Below, in pieces: positions 19,733 through 28,767 of a stretch of DNA of 64,000 bases (its first letter is position 1; each line of letters opens with the position of its first letter). The notes under the pieces were generated by a model. The model did not search any database and was not told the DNA's origin. It worked only from the letters and a program-made list of their open reading frames with translations. The stretch is from positions 1,395,699-1,459,698 of the forward strand of contig OZ242325.1 of NCBI GenBank assembly GCA_965208245.1, written 5' to 3'. Position numbers and translations under genes: made by a program. The stretch is from Candidatus Poribacteria bacterium. GTDB taxonomy: Bacteria; Poribacteria; WGA-4E; WGA-3G.

Positions 19733-20810
19733 ACAGCGTGGGATGTTGCGTCAATGGTTCGGGACTGCGCGGTATGTCTATAACAAGACGCTGAATATAC
19801 TCAACACTACGGACACCCAAGCGAACTGGAAAGCAATAAAGACACCTATTTTGAAAGATTTACCTGACTGGGCTAAAGAGACACCTTACCAAGTGAAATC
19901 TGTTGCTATCCGTGATGTCTGCGTTGCTGTTCGCGAAGCAAAGAAGAAGTGTAAAGAAATAGGTGAATATCAATCTGTTTCTTTCAAGTCTAAACGTAAA
20001 CCATCAGATAGTATTTTTATTCCGAAGTCTGCTATATCGGAACGTGGTGTTTACTACACAATGCTTGGTGATCTGAAAATGTCAGAAGCGTTACCTGATA
20101 ACATTGCAGACTCGCGACTGATGAAAGATGGCGATGCATACTATCTGTGCGTATCCTATACTGTGACAACTCAGAAGCGAAAGCCAAACGGAAGCGTTGT
20201 CGCTTTAGACCCTGGCGTGAGAACATTCCTCACCTATTTTCATGAGCATGGGTTCGGATGGCTTGGACACCATGCGATTAATCGTATTCAAAGACTCTGT
20301 GCGAACCTTGACGATCTATTATCCCGTGCTGCGAAAGCAAAACGACCTTCACGCAAGAACCTGAGACGTGCAGCAAACAGGATTAGAGAGCGTATCCAAA
20401 ACCTTGTAGATGAGTTGCACCATAAAGTAGCACGATACCTTGTTGATACCTTTGATATTGTCCTATTACCTACGTTTGAGACTTCAGAAATGACTTGCAA
20501 ATCAGCAAGAAAACTAAACAAGAAGTCTGTCAGACAGATGTTGACACTATCTCACTATAGATTCAAAAAGTTTCTCAAGCATAAAGCAAAAGAAATAGGT
20601 TGCAAAGTTGTTGATGTGTGTGAAGCATACACATCCAAAACTGTGTCTTGGACAGGTGAGATTGTCAATAATTTGGGTGGACGCAAAACAATCAAAGACA
20701 GCACTGGACTCAAGATGGACAGAGACTTGAATGGCGCACGCGGGATATTCCTGCGTGCATTGGTAGATGAACCCTGGTTGCTTGACATAAGCAACTTGCA
20801 AATCGTATAA
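19653..20810 (+). CDS. tnpB: TnpB (OrfB_IS605/RuvC-like) with RuvC D/E/D residues present but no zinc-finger cysteines
   Basis: Start placed at the ATG at 19653 (MSSVVECIDSEVIVKKSKKIRVYPTVEQRGMLRQWFG, the canonical TnpB N-terminus). RuvC-I ALDPGVRTF, RuvC-II LLPTFETSEM, RuvC-III MDRDLNGARGI. The segment between II and III (YTSKTVSWTGEI...KDSTGLK) has V/T/S where the CxxC...CxxC residues normally sit. Confidence 0.75.
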   Translation: MSSVVECIDSEVIVKKSKKIRVYPTVEQRGMLRQWFGTARYVYNKTLNILNTTDTQANWKAIKTPILKDLPDWAKETPYQVKSVAIRDVCVAVREAKKKCKEIGEYQSVSFKSKRKPSDSIFIPKSAISERGVYYTMLGDLKMSEALPDNIADSRLMKDGDAYYLCVSYTVTTQKRKPNGSVVALDPGVRTFLTYFHEHGFGWLGHHAINRIQRLCANLDDLLSRAAKAKRPSRKNLRRAANRIRERIQNLVDELHHKVARYLVDTFDIVLLPTFETSEMTCKSARKLNKKSVRQMLTLSHYRFKKFLKHKAKEIGCKVVDVCEAYTSKTVSWTGEIVNNLGGRKTIKDSTGLKMDRDLNGARGIFLRALVDEPWLLDISNLQIV

Positions 20811-20824
20811 AGAAGTGCAATACT

Positions 20825-21274
20825 GTGTATTGCACGGAAATATACAGGTTAATATCATCGGAAACTCTAAAAGAAGCATTTAGGGAAGCGGTTACGCATC
20901 TAAATAGGTTGGAACCAGAACAAGCAGAATATAGGATACGAGTGTTACACTATTTTGTGATGTTAATCGCAAATCAGCGTCCATCTGATGAACACATTGA
21001 GTTGTTGGATTTAGTAAATCAACTTTCAGGTGAAGAGGAGGTAGAACTAATGGCAAAGTCAATGGTAGATGTAACGTTTGAAAAAGGAGAAACACAAGCG
21101 AAACGAGATAGTGTCATCAAGTTACTGACGCATCAGTTTCCAGATGTTTCCGATACTGTTGTTGAGGCAATCCACGAAATTCAGGAGCGTTCAAGACTTG
21201 ATACGTTGTTTGATCAAATCCTAACTGCGAAATCTCTTGATGATATTGATTTGAATAGTGTTGGTAGTCATTAA
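20825..21274 (+). pseudogene. Rpn/YhgA-family gene, C-terminal part (same frame as the 18443-19096 part)
   Basis: EKGETQAKRDSVIKLLTHQFPDVSDTVVEAIHEIQERSRLDTLFDQILTAKSLDDI matches the conserved Rpn C-terminal tail (EQG..G... LL..RFG.LP......I......L..W....L.A.SL.EV). Both frame coordinates are congruent mod 3 with the N-terminal part. Confidence 0.55.
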
Positions 21275-21301
21275 AGCCTATAGATCTTGACACAGCAAAG
21301 A

Positions 21302-22750
21302 TCATAAAAACGAGTAAGTCACGTCCGGTTTATAATCAGGCAGCAACGCATTATGCGGTTGACCGACGATAAGCTCCTTCCCATCAGTAAAACCTTCGGG
21401 ACGATCCTTGAGAATCTCAATTAAGCGGTTTCGCCAAGGTGTTAAAAGCGTTTCAGCATCGTTCTGCAATGCTAAATCCCGTGTTTCGTGCGGATCCTCG
21501 TCCAAATTAAAGAGATGTTCCTGTCCTGTCTGAGAATACCAGATATACTTACAACATCCATCTGTTAGGTAGTGATTGCCGTGTTTGTAATTGTAACAAC
21601 CAGAATGTTCACCATGCAGACATTCACGTACACGGTCAACCTCACCCTGCATAATAGGTAGAAGGCTCTTACCAGTGCAAGTATTCGGTATCTCAATATC
21701 AGCAGCGTCAAGTATCGTAGGCATGATGTCCTGCAAACCGACAGGTGTGTTGCAGACGAATTCTTTCGGATATCTCCATCTTGCTGGTGCTCGCATCAGG
21801 AACGGCACCCGTGCTGATGCTTCATAAGGGAAAGTTTTCCGATACATATTATGGTCACCCAGCATTTCACCGTGATCAGATGTGAAGATGACGAGACAGT
21901 CATTCAAGCCACCCATGTTCTGCAAGAGACGTCCAATTTGATCGTCAATAAAATTGATCATCCCGTAATAGGCAGCCCGCGCACATTGCATATCATACTT
22001 AGAGAGAGAAATCTCCCACGCATTTGGATTAAAACCTCTCTGTTGTCCATCTAATTCTGGTGCCCAATCTCCTACTACAAGTTCAGGTAGTTCTCGTTGG
22101 ATGTATCGTTCATAGTAGTGTGCTGGTGGTGTTAAGGGTGGGTGCGGGTCAATAAAAGAGATATTGAGAAAGAAAGGAGTAGAAGGATCGCGTTTTCGCA
22201 CGAATTTCAAGGCACGATCAACGCACCAAAAAGTGTGCATCTGATCTTCTGGTAAGTGGTGTGGACGACCTACCCATCCGTTAGCAGAGACACCATGTGC
22301 CATACCTGGATCATAATCATGTCGACGATGGTATTGTTGTAACCATTCGACATAGTCGTTGTTTGCGGTTCCATGTGTAGCATCAGATAATTGGAGATGG
22401 TCAAAACCGTAACGTTTACGCGGTGGACTCAGATGTAGTTTCCCTATCATCTCCGTTTGATAACCGGCTGCAGACAACTCACCAGCAAGTGTATGCGGTG
22501 GGTCCCACTCCGCACCTCTATATCCGACTGCTCCATTTGCGGCGGGGGCAGTGCCGGTCATTATCCCACGTCGCGCGGGGATACAACTTGGACATTCAGC
22601 ATAACCACGACGGAAGTGTGTACCGCTGTGACCTAGCCAATCCAAGTTTGGTGTCTGTAGACAATCGGGACCGTCTGGATCGAGACCTAAACAGTCTCCA
22701 CGTTGTTGATCAGTGGTGATAAGAAGTATATTTGGACGAGAATCAGGCAT
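21302..22750 (-). CDS. Sulfatase (arylsulfatase family, Cys-type)
   Basis: Start at MPDSRPNILLITTDQQRGD. Formylglycine motif CIPARRGIMTG (C-x-P-x-R). 482 aa from this start. The called ORF has a 48-aa upstream extension that is unlikely to be real. Confidence 0.85.
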   Translation of the reverse strand: MPDSRPNILLITTDQQRGDCLGLDPDGPDCLQTPNLDWLGHSGTHFRRGYAECPSCIPARRGIMTGTAPAANGAVGYRGAEWDPPHTLAGELSAAGYQTEMIGKLHLSPPRKRYGFDHLQLSDATHGTANNDYVEWLQQYHRRHDYDPGMAHGVSANGWVGRPHHLPEDQMHTFWCVDRALKFVRKRDPSTPFFLNISFIDPHPPLTPPAHYYERYIQRELPELVVGDWAPELDGQQRGFNPNAWEISLSKYDMQCARAAYYGMINFIDDQIGRLLQNMGGLNDCLVIFTSDHGEMLGDHNMYRKTFPYEASARVPFLMRAPARWRYPKEFVCNTPVGLQDIMPTILDAADIEIPNTCTGKSLLPIMQGEVDRVRECLHGEHSGCYNYKHGNHYLTDGCCKYIWYSQTGQEHLFNLDEDPHETRDLALQNDAETLLTPWRNRLIEILKDRPEGFTDGKELIVGQPHNALLPDYKPDVTYSFL

Positions 22751-23181
22751 TTCTATCTCCAAGATGGGAATAAAAAAGAGTGGTGACTGTTGTTTCAAAT
22801 CTAAAGAACTTGCATAACATATAGCATAACACAATATGTCTATATGTGCAAGCAATTGGTTGGGTTTAATAGCAAAACGTCTTGACATATTCACCTTTCA
22901 CATGGTATTTTATGGCATTGAAATTTTATATTACCTCAGACTATATTTCATCAGGAGAAGAATATTGAGTATTGTTGTTCACGCCACACACGAAACTATT
23001 CAAAAAACAACGGTTATTGGTTACAAAACACATGGAGATTTAGCAGAAATAGCAATTGCGGAGTTCATTAACCAATACATGTATGATTTTCGTCCAATTC
23101 ACGTTGGTAAAGAACTTTTCCGGGCAAAATCAAAAGAAGAAGACATATTGCATCTATAAAGCAGAAATCAGGCATTTAATT

Positions 23182-24324
23182 ATGGCAGAAATTCTTACTC
23201 TATTTGATGGATCAGACACTTTACTAAATGTTCCATCAACACAAAGCATAAAATACGCTGGATCCAAGCTAAAACTCATCCCGCAGATACTCCAACTCGT
23301 GCAGAAGGTCAATGCTAAGACAATCTTGGATGGATTTTCAGGGACAACGCGTGTCTCACAAGCATTTGCAAAGCTTGGTTATAACGTAGTCTGTAACGAC
23401 ATCTCCTCATGGTCAAAAGTTCTTGGAACTTGCTACCTTCTAAACACTAAACAACGATCTGACTATCAACCGCTTATTGATCATCTAAATGCACTTCTAC
23501 CATTTGATGGCTGGTTCACAGAACACTATGGCGGACACATTAACGACGGTTCATCAATACAGAAGGATGGACTAAAAAAACCGTGGCAGTTACATAATAC
23601 CCGCAAATTAGATGCAATCCGAGAAGAAATAGAAGACCAAAATCTCAGTGTTGTTGAAAAAGCAGTGGCACTTACTAGTCTAATGCTTGCATTGGATCGT
23701 GTCGACAGCACGTTGGGACACTTTTCTTCATACCTGAGGATGTGGTCACCACGATCCTTCAAAGAACTTACGCTTGAAGTGCCAGAAGTGTTTACTTATA
23801 AAGGACACCATAAAGTCCACCAATCCGATATTTTTGAACTCGTGCCAGAAGTATCCGCAGACCTTGCATATTTCGATCCTCCTTACGGTTCAAACAACGA
23901 AAAGATGCCACCTTCCCGTATAAGATATGCTGCATACTACCACCTATGGAAAAGTGTGATCCTTTATGATAAACCGAATCTGTTCGGTAAAGTTAACCGT
24001 CGCACAGATTCATCCGATCAATCATCTGCATCAATATTTGAGGAATTCCGACGAAATAGAGATAAACGTTTCATCGCTGTTGAAGCAATAGAGAAGTTAA
24101 TCAGAATCACACAAGCACGCTGGATTTTGTTGTCATATAGTTCCGGAGGACGTGCAACCGCAGATGAACTGAACGATGTGATGCAAACTAACGGTAAACT
24201 TCTTGCTGCTACTAAAATCGATTACAAACGAAATGTTATGGGGAGTATGAAATGGTCTGATGAATGGACTCCTGCCACTACTAAACCGAATCAGGAATAT
24301 CTTTTTCTTCTTGAAAAAAGGTAG
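23182..24324 (+). CDS. D12-class (Dam-family) N6-adenine DNA methyltransferase with a C-terminal extension
   Basis: Dam motif X/I (IKYAGSKLKLIPQI, LDGFSGTTRV) and catalytic DPPY (YFDPPYGSNN). 380 aa against about 280 for canonical Dam. Start at the ATG at 23182. Confidence 0.8.
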   Translation: MAEILTLFDGSDTLLNVPSTQSIKYAGSKLKLIPQILQLVQKVNAKTILDGFSGTTRVSQAFAKLGYNVVCNDISSWSKVLGTCYLLNTKQRSDYQPLIDHLNALLPFDGWFTEHYGGHINDGSSIQKDGLKKPWQLHNTRKLDAIREEIEDQNLSVVEKAVALTSLMLALDRVDSTLGHFSSYLRMWSPRSFKELTLEVPEVFTYKGHHKVHQSDIFELVPEVSADLAYFDPPYGSNNEKMPPSRIRYAAYYHLWKSVILYDKPNLFGKVNRRTDSSDQSSASIFEEFRRNRDKRFIAVEAIEKLIRITQARWILLSYSSGGRATADELNDVMQTNGKLLAATKIDYKRNVMGSMKWSDEWTPATTKPNQEYLFLLEKR

Positions 24325-24477
24325 AGAACGGATATTATTCCTATTGTGCCGGTAAGATGCATTTCGTTGGAACAGATGTTATGCATGGTTGGGACGAACG
24401 GATAGGGCGCGATATCATCGGAAATAACGGATATCCGTATTCGCCTATGATTGTTGATTACAATTAGCACTTTTTAT

Positions 24478-24561
24478 ATGAAGATTAAAAAATCCTCTGT
24501 GTAATCGACGGGCAATGAATTGCCCATCAAGATATTACCCGATTCAAATCTTAATCTTCAT
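24478..24561. terminator. Nested inverted-repeat structure between convergent genes: outer arms ATGAAGATTAA/TTAATCTTCAT, inner GGGCAAT-GA-ATTGCCC; candidate bidirectional terminator
   Basis: Seen directly. It lies between the MTase stop (24324) and the ATPase stop (24558-24560), and the right arm overlaps the ATPase stop codon. There is no strong U-tract. Confidence 0.3.
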
Positions 24562-25976
24562 ATAAAAAGATCACTTAGCGCAATCAAGATAACATCTTCT
24601 GCTACTGTTTTCTGCCTGAGTTTTTCTGTAAACCCACCCGCAGAAAACAGCAGGTATCTCGGTTTCTGTTGCCACGGGATGGGTAACTTAGATACTTTTT
24701 CAATCAACTGATTTAGGACGTTTTCACCAATAGGTGCTTCATGCCATTTGCATTCACCAATCCAGTGGCTGTTCTCTATATTCTCTGTCAACACGTCAAT
24801 TTCAAGTTCCGATCCCCATTGTGCCCCAATCCGTTTTGGGGCGATCTTTAGTTTCTCATTCCAATACCGTGCAACATATTGACGGCAAACATCCTCAAAA
24901 ATCCCTCCCATGTAGTCAGGTAAATGGGGTTCAATCATCTCCCGATATACCAGATCAGCATTTCCAGATTCAATAAGACTCCTATTCGGTTGAATAAACC
25001 GATACCAGAAATTCAGGTAATTATCAGCAAGTTTATATAATCCCTTTCTACTTTTCTGTGGTACTCGTTCTGTTATTGGTGTAATCCGCTTCACCATACC
25101 TAAATCTCTTAGCACGCTGATGTATTTATTTGTCTTCGTTCGATCCATTTGCACACGTTGTGAAATCTCGTTGAGTTGCGTTGAACCGTTGGCAATTGCA
25201 TGCAGTATACTAGCATAAATCCTCGGTTCTCTAAGTTCCATGCGTAGCAAAAAGTTTGCCTCGTCAAACAAATATCCTTGAGGTGTGAGAAATTGTTCTT
25301 TGATATGTTGTTCTATTGTTCTCCTAGATACTTCCTGTGAATTAGGAAAACTACGATAAGCAAATCTATTAAGATATGCAGGTATACCTCCCAGAATCCC
25401 GTAAACAATCATTTTCTCTTTGAAGGCGTATTCGGAGAAGAAACGCCCACTATCCCTATAGGACATTGGCATCAACTGCAATTGTCCTGTTCGTCTACCA
25501 TAGAGTGGTGATCTTTCTGCTAACACTTCCCGTTCCATAAAACTCACCTGTGAACCACACAGAATTAGGAAAAGGTTGCTATTTTTCCCATGCAAGTCCC
25601 AAAAACGTTGTATGAGTGATGGGAGCGCAGCATTGTCTTCACATAGATACTGAAATTCATCAAGCACCAAAATCAATCTTTCTTGTTGCGATTTCTGGGC
25701 GAAATAGATCAGTGCAGTTTCCCAGTCATTGAAGGTAATATTCTGTAACAGTGGATCATCAATCACATGTTGTGCTACCTGTTTCAGTTGTTGAAGGTGG
25801 TCATGTTCCTGTTGCTGACTAGCAAGGAAATAGATACTGTGTTTGTTTTTACAAAACTGCAGTAGAAGTTCTGTTTTTCCAATACGTCGTCTTCCATATA
25901 GGACGAAAAATTCAGCATTGCCTGAACGATACATCTGTTCTAATGATTCTATTTCTTGCTCTCTGTTTATGAACAT
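24558..25976 (-). CDS. AAA+ ATPase of the archaeal-ATPase/DUF234 type
   Basis: Walker A GRRRIGKTE, Walker B LVLDEFQ, 472 aa. The C-terminal region is typical of the DUF234 family. Confidence 0.75.
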   Translation of the reverse strand: MFINREQEIESLEQMYRSGNAEFFVLYGRRRIGKTELLLQFCKNKHSIYFLASQQQEHDHLQQLKQVAQHVIDDPLLQNITFNDWETALIYFAQKSQQERLILVLDEFQYLCEDNAALPSLIQRFWDLHGKNSNLFLILCGSQVSFMEREVLAERSPLYGRRTGQLQLMPMSYRDSGRFFSEYAFKEKMIVYGILGGIPAYLNRFAYRSFPNSQEVSRRTIEQHIKEQFLTPQGYLFDEANFLLRMELREPRIYASILHAIANGSTQLNEISQRVQMDRTKTNKYISVLRDLGMVKRITPITERVPQKSRKGLYKLADNYLNFWYRFIQPNRSLIESGNADLVYREMIEPHLPDYMGGIFEDVCRQYVARYWNEKLKIAPKRIGAQWGSELEIDVLTENIENSHWIGECKWHEAPIGENVLNQLIEKVSKLPIPWQQKPRYLLFSAGGFTEKLRQKTVAEDVILIALSDLFI

Positions 25977-26016
25977 AACCCCTCACCCAAAGGCCAATTT
26001 TTTATACTTTAGATTA

Positions 26017-26034
26017 TTATACTTTAAAGTATAA
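26017..26034. promoter_or_regulatory. Perfect 18-bp palindrome TTATACTTTAAAGTATAA, with TATACTTTA repeated just upstream, in the 5' region of the ATPase gene
   Basis: Seen directly. It sits about 40 bp upstream of the ATPase start on the minus strand and is consistent with a dimeric regulator binding site. Confidence 0.35.
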
Positions 26035-26356
26035 TAATAAGTCAAGTCGTGATATTTGATTTGCATATATTACACTTCTGTGGTAAATTACTTGACAAAC
26101 AAAATTCTACATAATTAAAGGTAGCAATGTGCATAAGAGTTTTCGGCTAAGTAATGGTATATGCCATTTTAGAATTGAGAACTTAGACTGTCAGGGACTC
26201 GCGTTTTAGAATTGAGACGAAATCATTATTAAACCGAAAACCCTCAACAGTATTTCTAACAATCAAGCGGTATCCGAGACCATTCCCTATCTGTGTTGAT
26301 ATAGCAAATCATTATGCACATCACTCAAATACATAGAATTTATAGGTAAATGTGTT

Positions 26357-26725
26357 GTGAAAACCCTATTTTTCTTACTTGCAATACTACTCATTCTTTT
26401 TGGAATCGGCAGTGGAATCTATTTTGAATTTTCAGATGACAGTGAAGATACACCGAACTGGAGGAAGGGTTTCTTCAGACTAACACTAGTGCTATCGTTC
26501 ATTGTTGGTGTTTCCGGTGGTATCTTTTTTAGCAGTTTAGCTAAGATAGGGAAACTTGCAGATAAAGATGATGGGGATCCGTCTCCCGTATACTTCACTA
26601 ATCCAAAATTAGTTTTTATTACTTATGCAGTTATGTTCTTCGGATTCGTCTGGTTAGGATACGCCATCATTCAATGGCCTCTCTACTACATCTTTATGTT
26701 TGTGTTACAGGGATTTACGAGTTAA
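26357..26725 (+). CDS. Small hypothetical integral membrane protein (3-4 TM)
   Basis: Hydrophobic helices. Annotated start is GTG. No recognisable family. Confidence 0.45.
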   Translation: MKTLFFLLAILLILFGIGSGIYFEFSDDSEDTPNWRKGFFRLTLVLSFIVGVSGGIFFSSLAKIGKLADKDDGDPSPVYFTNPKLVFITYAVMFFGFVWLGYAIIQWPLYYIFMFVLQGFTS

Positions 26726-26934
26726 GAAATTCGGAGAATCGTGTCAAGAGATGAGCACTGCGTTTCCACACATCGGCAACCTTACAGATGATATCTGTAT
26801 TGTGCGATCTCGGAATTGACCACGAGAAACTGACGTGTCGTTTCCAAGGTCGAGATTTCCGTTTGACAGATGTTCACGGACATGTTGTCCAGGATATTCT
26901 ATCATAATTGATATGAAGTCTCATATATCTGTAT

Positions 26935-27216
26935 ATGAAAACCAAACCGCTTGAACTACAGTTCTATACGAAACCTGATTGTCCACTTTGTGATGAAGCA
27001 AAATCGGCATTGCAGGTAATCACAACCAAGTTATCATTTCTTGCTATAAATGAGATTGATATATCAACAAATATCGGTCTATTTACAAAATACAAACTAT
27101 TGATTCCTATGCTTGAAATGAATGGAAAACCGCTTTTTGTGCATCGAGTTGATTCAGAGAAGTTGTTGTGGCAGTTGCGGTGGTACCGATTACGAAGTTT
27201 TTTCAGCAGAAACTGA
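26935..27216 (+). CDS. Glutaredoxin-like (thioredoxin-fold, DUF836-type) small protein
   Basis: CPLCDEAK active-site-like CxxC near the N-terminus and thioredoxin-fold spacing. 93 aa. Confidence 0.6.
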   Translation: MKTKPLELQFYTKPDCPLCDEAKSALQVITTKLSFLAINEIDISTNIGLFTKYKLLIPMLEMNGKPLFVHRVDSEKLLWQLRWYRLRSFFSRN

Positions 27217-27229
27217 AAGTGGGTTAATT

Positions 27230-27679
27230 ATGACTCATCCTAAACATATCGTTGCTGTCTCCGGACTCGTAAGTCATCCGAACAGCGATGTTTTACTCAT
27301 ACACGGACCAAAACGAGGTTGGGAATTTCCGGGTGGTCAAGTTGAAGAAGGTGAAAACCTGATTGAGGCATTACAACGTGAAATCAGAGAAGAATCAGGT
27401 GTCAATGCATCGATTGGGTCACTTGTTGGAATCTATTCAAACGTCAGTACTCCCCAGAAACTGATGTTTGGATTTTTGTGTGATTATGTCAGTGGTGAAT
27501 TAACTACGAGTGACGAAAGTTTAGAAACCAGATGGGTTACCCGCCATTCAGTATTGCAGTATGTTTCTCATTCAGTGATCTATGATCGTATAACAGATCT
27601 GTTGCGTTTTTCTGGTCGTGTCATCTATCGCGTTTACACCACCAATCCGTATCAAATTTTCGAAGAGTATTTTTTATGA
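27230..27679 (+). CDS. NUDIX hydrolase
   Basis: Nudix box GGQVEEGENLIEALQREIREESGV. Start at the ATG at 27230 (MTHPKH...). The called ORF extends upstream through Cys-rich low-complexity sequence. Confidence 0.8.
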   Translation: MTHPKHIVAVSGLVSHPNSDVLLIHGPKRGWEFPGGQVEEGENLIEALQREIREESGVNASIGSLVGIYSNVSTPQKLMFGFLCDYVSGELTTSDESLETRWVTRHSVLQYVSHSVIYDRITDLLRFSGRVIYRVYTTNPYQIFEEYFL

Positions 27680-27691
27680 AGTGGAAGAACG

Positions 27692-27901
27692 CTATCGCTT
27701 CTGTTTTAAATGTCCCCAACTTGTCACCATTTTATACTGAGGTGATACTGAAAGTGAACCTTCAACCCAATCTGGAAAGTAAGCATGTCCTAATGGAAAA
27801 TCGGTCAGTTGTGTCATCTTACGACTATTTAGATCATAACGATAAATATTACGTGCATCAGATTCCTTGTATGAAAGCAGCACCGTTCGATCATTCCCCA
27901 T
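27692..27901 (-). pseudogene. Fragment resembling a TolB/PD40 beta-propeller repeat protein
   Basis: LLSYKESDARNIYRYDLNSRKMTQLTDFP resembles a PD40 repeat (DGS.IYvmDadGsn.rrLT). It is short and isolated, so it is probably a remnant. Confidence 0.25.
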
Positions 27902-28008
27902 CCATGTGAATCCACCAAATCCCCCTTCTACCGAAAACTTATCTATGATACGTCTGTCTGTAAAAACATTCTGAATAATAAGACGTTTTGCTATGACCTT
28001 GAAGGAAA

Positions 28009-28767
28009 TTAACTGTTATATTCTTCCCATAGCGCGCGATAGAAATTCATCACTCTCACCGGGTCAGAACTACCCGCAATTTCTGCTAATGTGTATCCAT
28101 CATACCCAGATTCTCTCAATAAGGAAAAGAGTTGTCGCCAAGGATACTCCCTTCGGTGTAATTCGGTGATGTGGACTAATCCGATTTTACCCTTTACGTA
28201 ATTAAAGTTGTTCTGTATGGAACCGTTCTCGACTTCTCCGAAGTTTGAATTCCAACAGACATATACATTGTCGTGGTCAGCAACATCTATAATCGTTCGG
28301 ATATGACGTAGTTCAGAAGTGCCACTGCCGTGAACTTCCAAACGAATCTCTACACCGAGATTAGACGCAAATTCACCGCATTCGCGTAAAGCTAACCCGA
28401 TTTGTTCCAATGTTTTTTCTACAGGCACTTCACTCGGAAGTCCATTTGGACGCACCTTTACACCCGGTGTCCCCACATCTGCTGCTAACTGTGAGTACTT
28501 CTTCGTGCCATCAATATTCTTACGAACTGCATCCTGATCAACTGAATGATAGTCAAATGCAGAACCTAAACCGGCTATCTCAATCGGTGAGTCCTCAAAT
28601 TGTTTTTTGACATCAGACCGTTCACTTGCGGATAGGTCGACCTCTACACCGTGTGCATGTGTTGTTCGTAATTCGACCCCTGAGAAACCCGTCTCTGAGC
28701 ATCTTTCAATTATTGTGGGAATGTCCCAATCTCTAGCCATATTATAGGTTACTAAACCAAGTTTCAT
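28009..28767 (-). CDS. Sugar phosphate isomerase/epimerase (xylose isomerase-like TIM barrel)
   Basis: 252 aa. Conserved E..H and D motifs of the AP-endonuclease-2/xylose-isomerase-like TIM fold (LEVHGS, HITELHR, GYDGYTLAEI). Confidence 0.8.
   Translation of the reverse strand: MKLGLVTYNMARDWDIPTIIERCSETGFSGVELRTTHAHGVEVDLSASERSDVKKQFEDSPIEIAGLGSAFDYHSVDQDAVRKNIDGTKKYSQLAADVGTPGVKVRPNGLPSEVPVEKTLEQIGLALRECGEFASNLGVEIRLEVHGSGTSELRHIRTIIDVADHDNVYVCWNSNFGEVENGSIQNNFNYVKGKIGLVHITELHRREYPWRQLFSLLRESGYDGYTLAEIAGSSDPVRVMNFYRALWEEYNS

Larger units (their letters stand above)
19097..20822 (+). mobile_element. IS607-family insertion sequence (tnpA serine recombinase + tnpB); boundaries approximate
   Basis: Serine-recombinase TnpA overlapping a TnpB in another frame is the IS607 arrangement. 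Both flanks carry halves of one Rpn-family gene in the same reading frame. Confidence 0.65.

Noticed and set aside
23182-25976. Complete Type II restriction-modification system
   Set aside because: There is a clear Dam-family MTase, but no ORF with endonuclease features lies adjacent. The neighbouring gene is a DUF234 AAA+ ATPase, and the small upstream ORF (22836-23159) lies in an AT-rich divergent promoter region with no recognisable HTH or REase motif.
26163-26221. Possible CRISPR mini-array (GTTTTAGA-like repeats)
   Set aside because: There are only two copies of a 14-15-bp unit with unequal flanks. That is far below CRISPR repeat length and number, and no cas genes are present in the window.
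27676-27909. Plus-strand ORF 27676-27909 as a real gene after the NUDIX gene
   Set aside because: It has no recognisable features. The opposite-strand reading shows a PD40-like repeat fragment, so neither strand is convincing as an intact gene. The region was kept only as a low-confidence relic.
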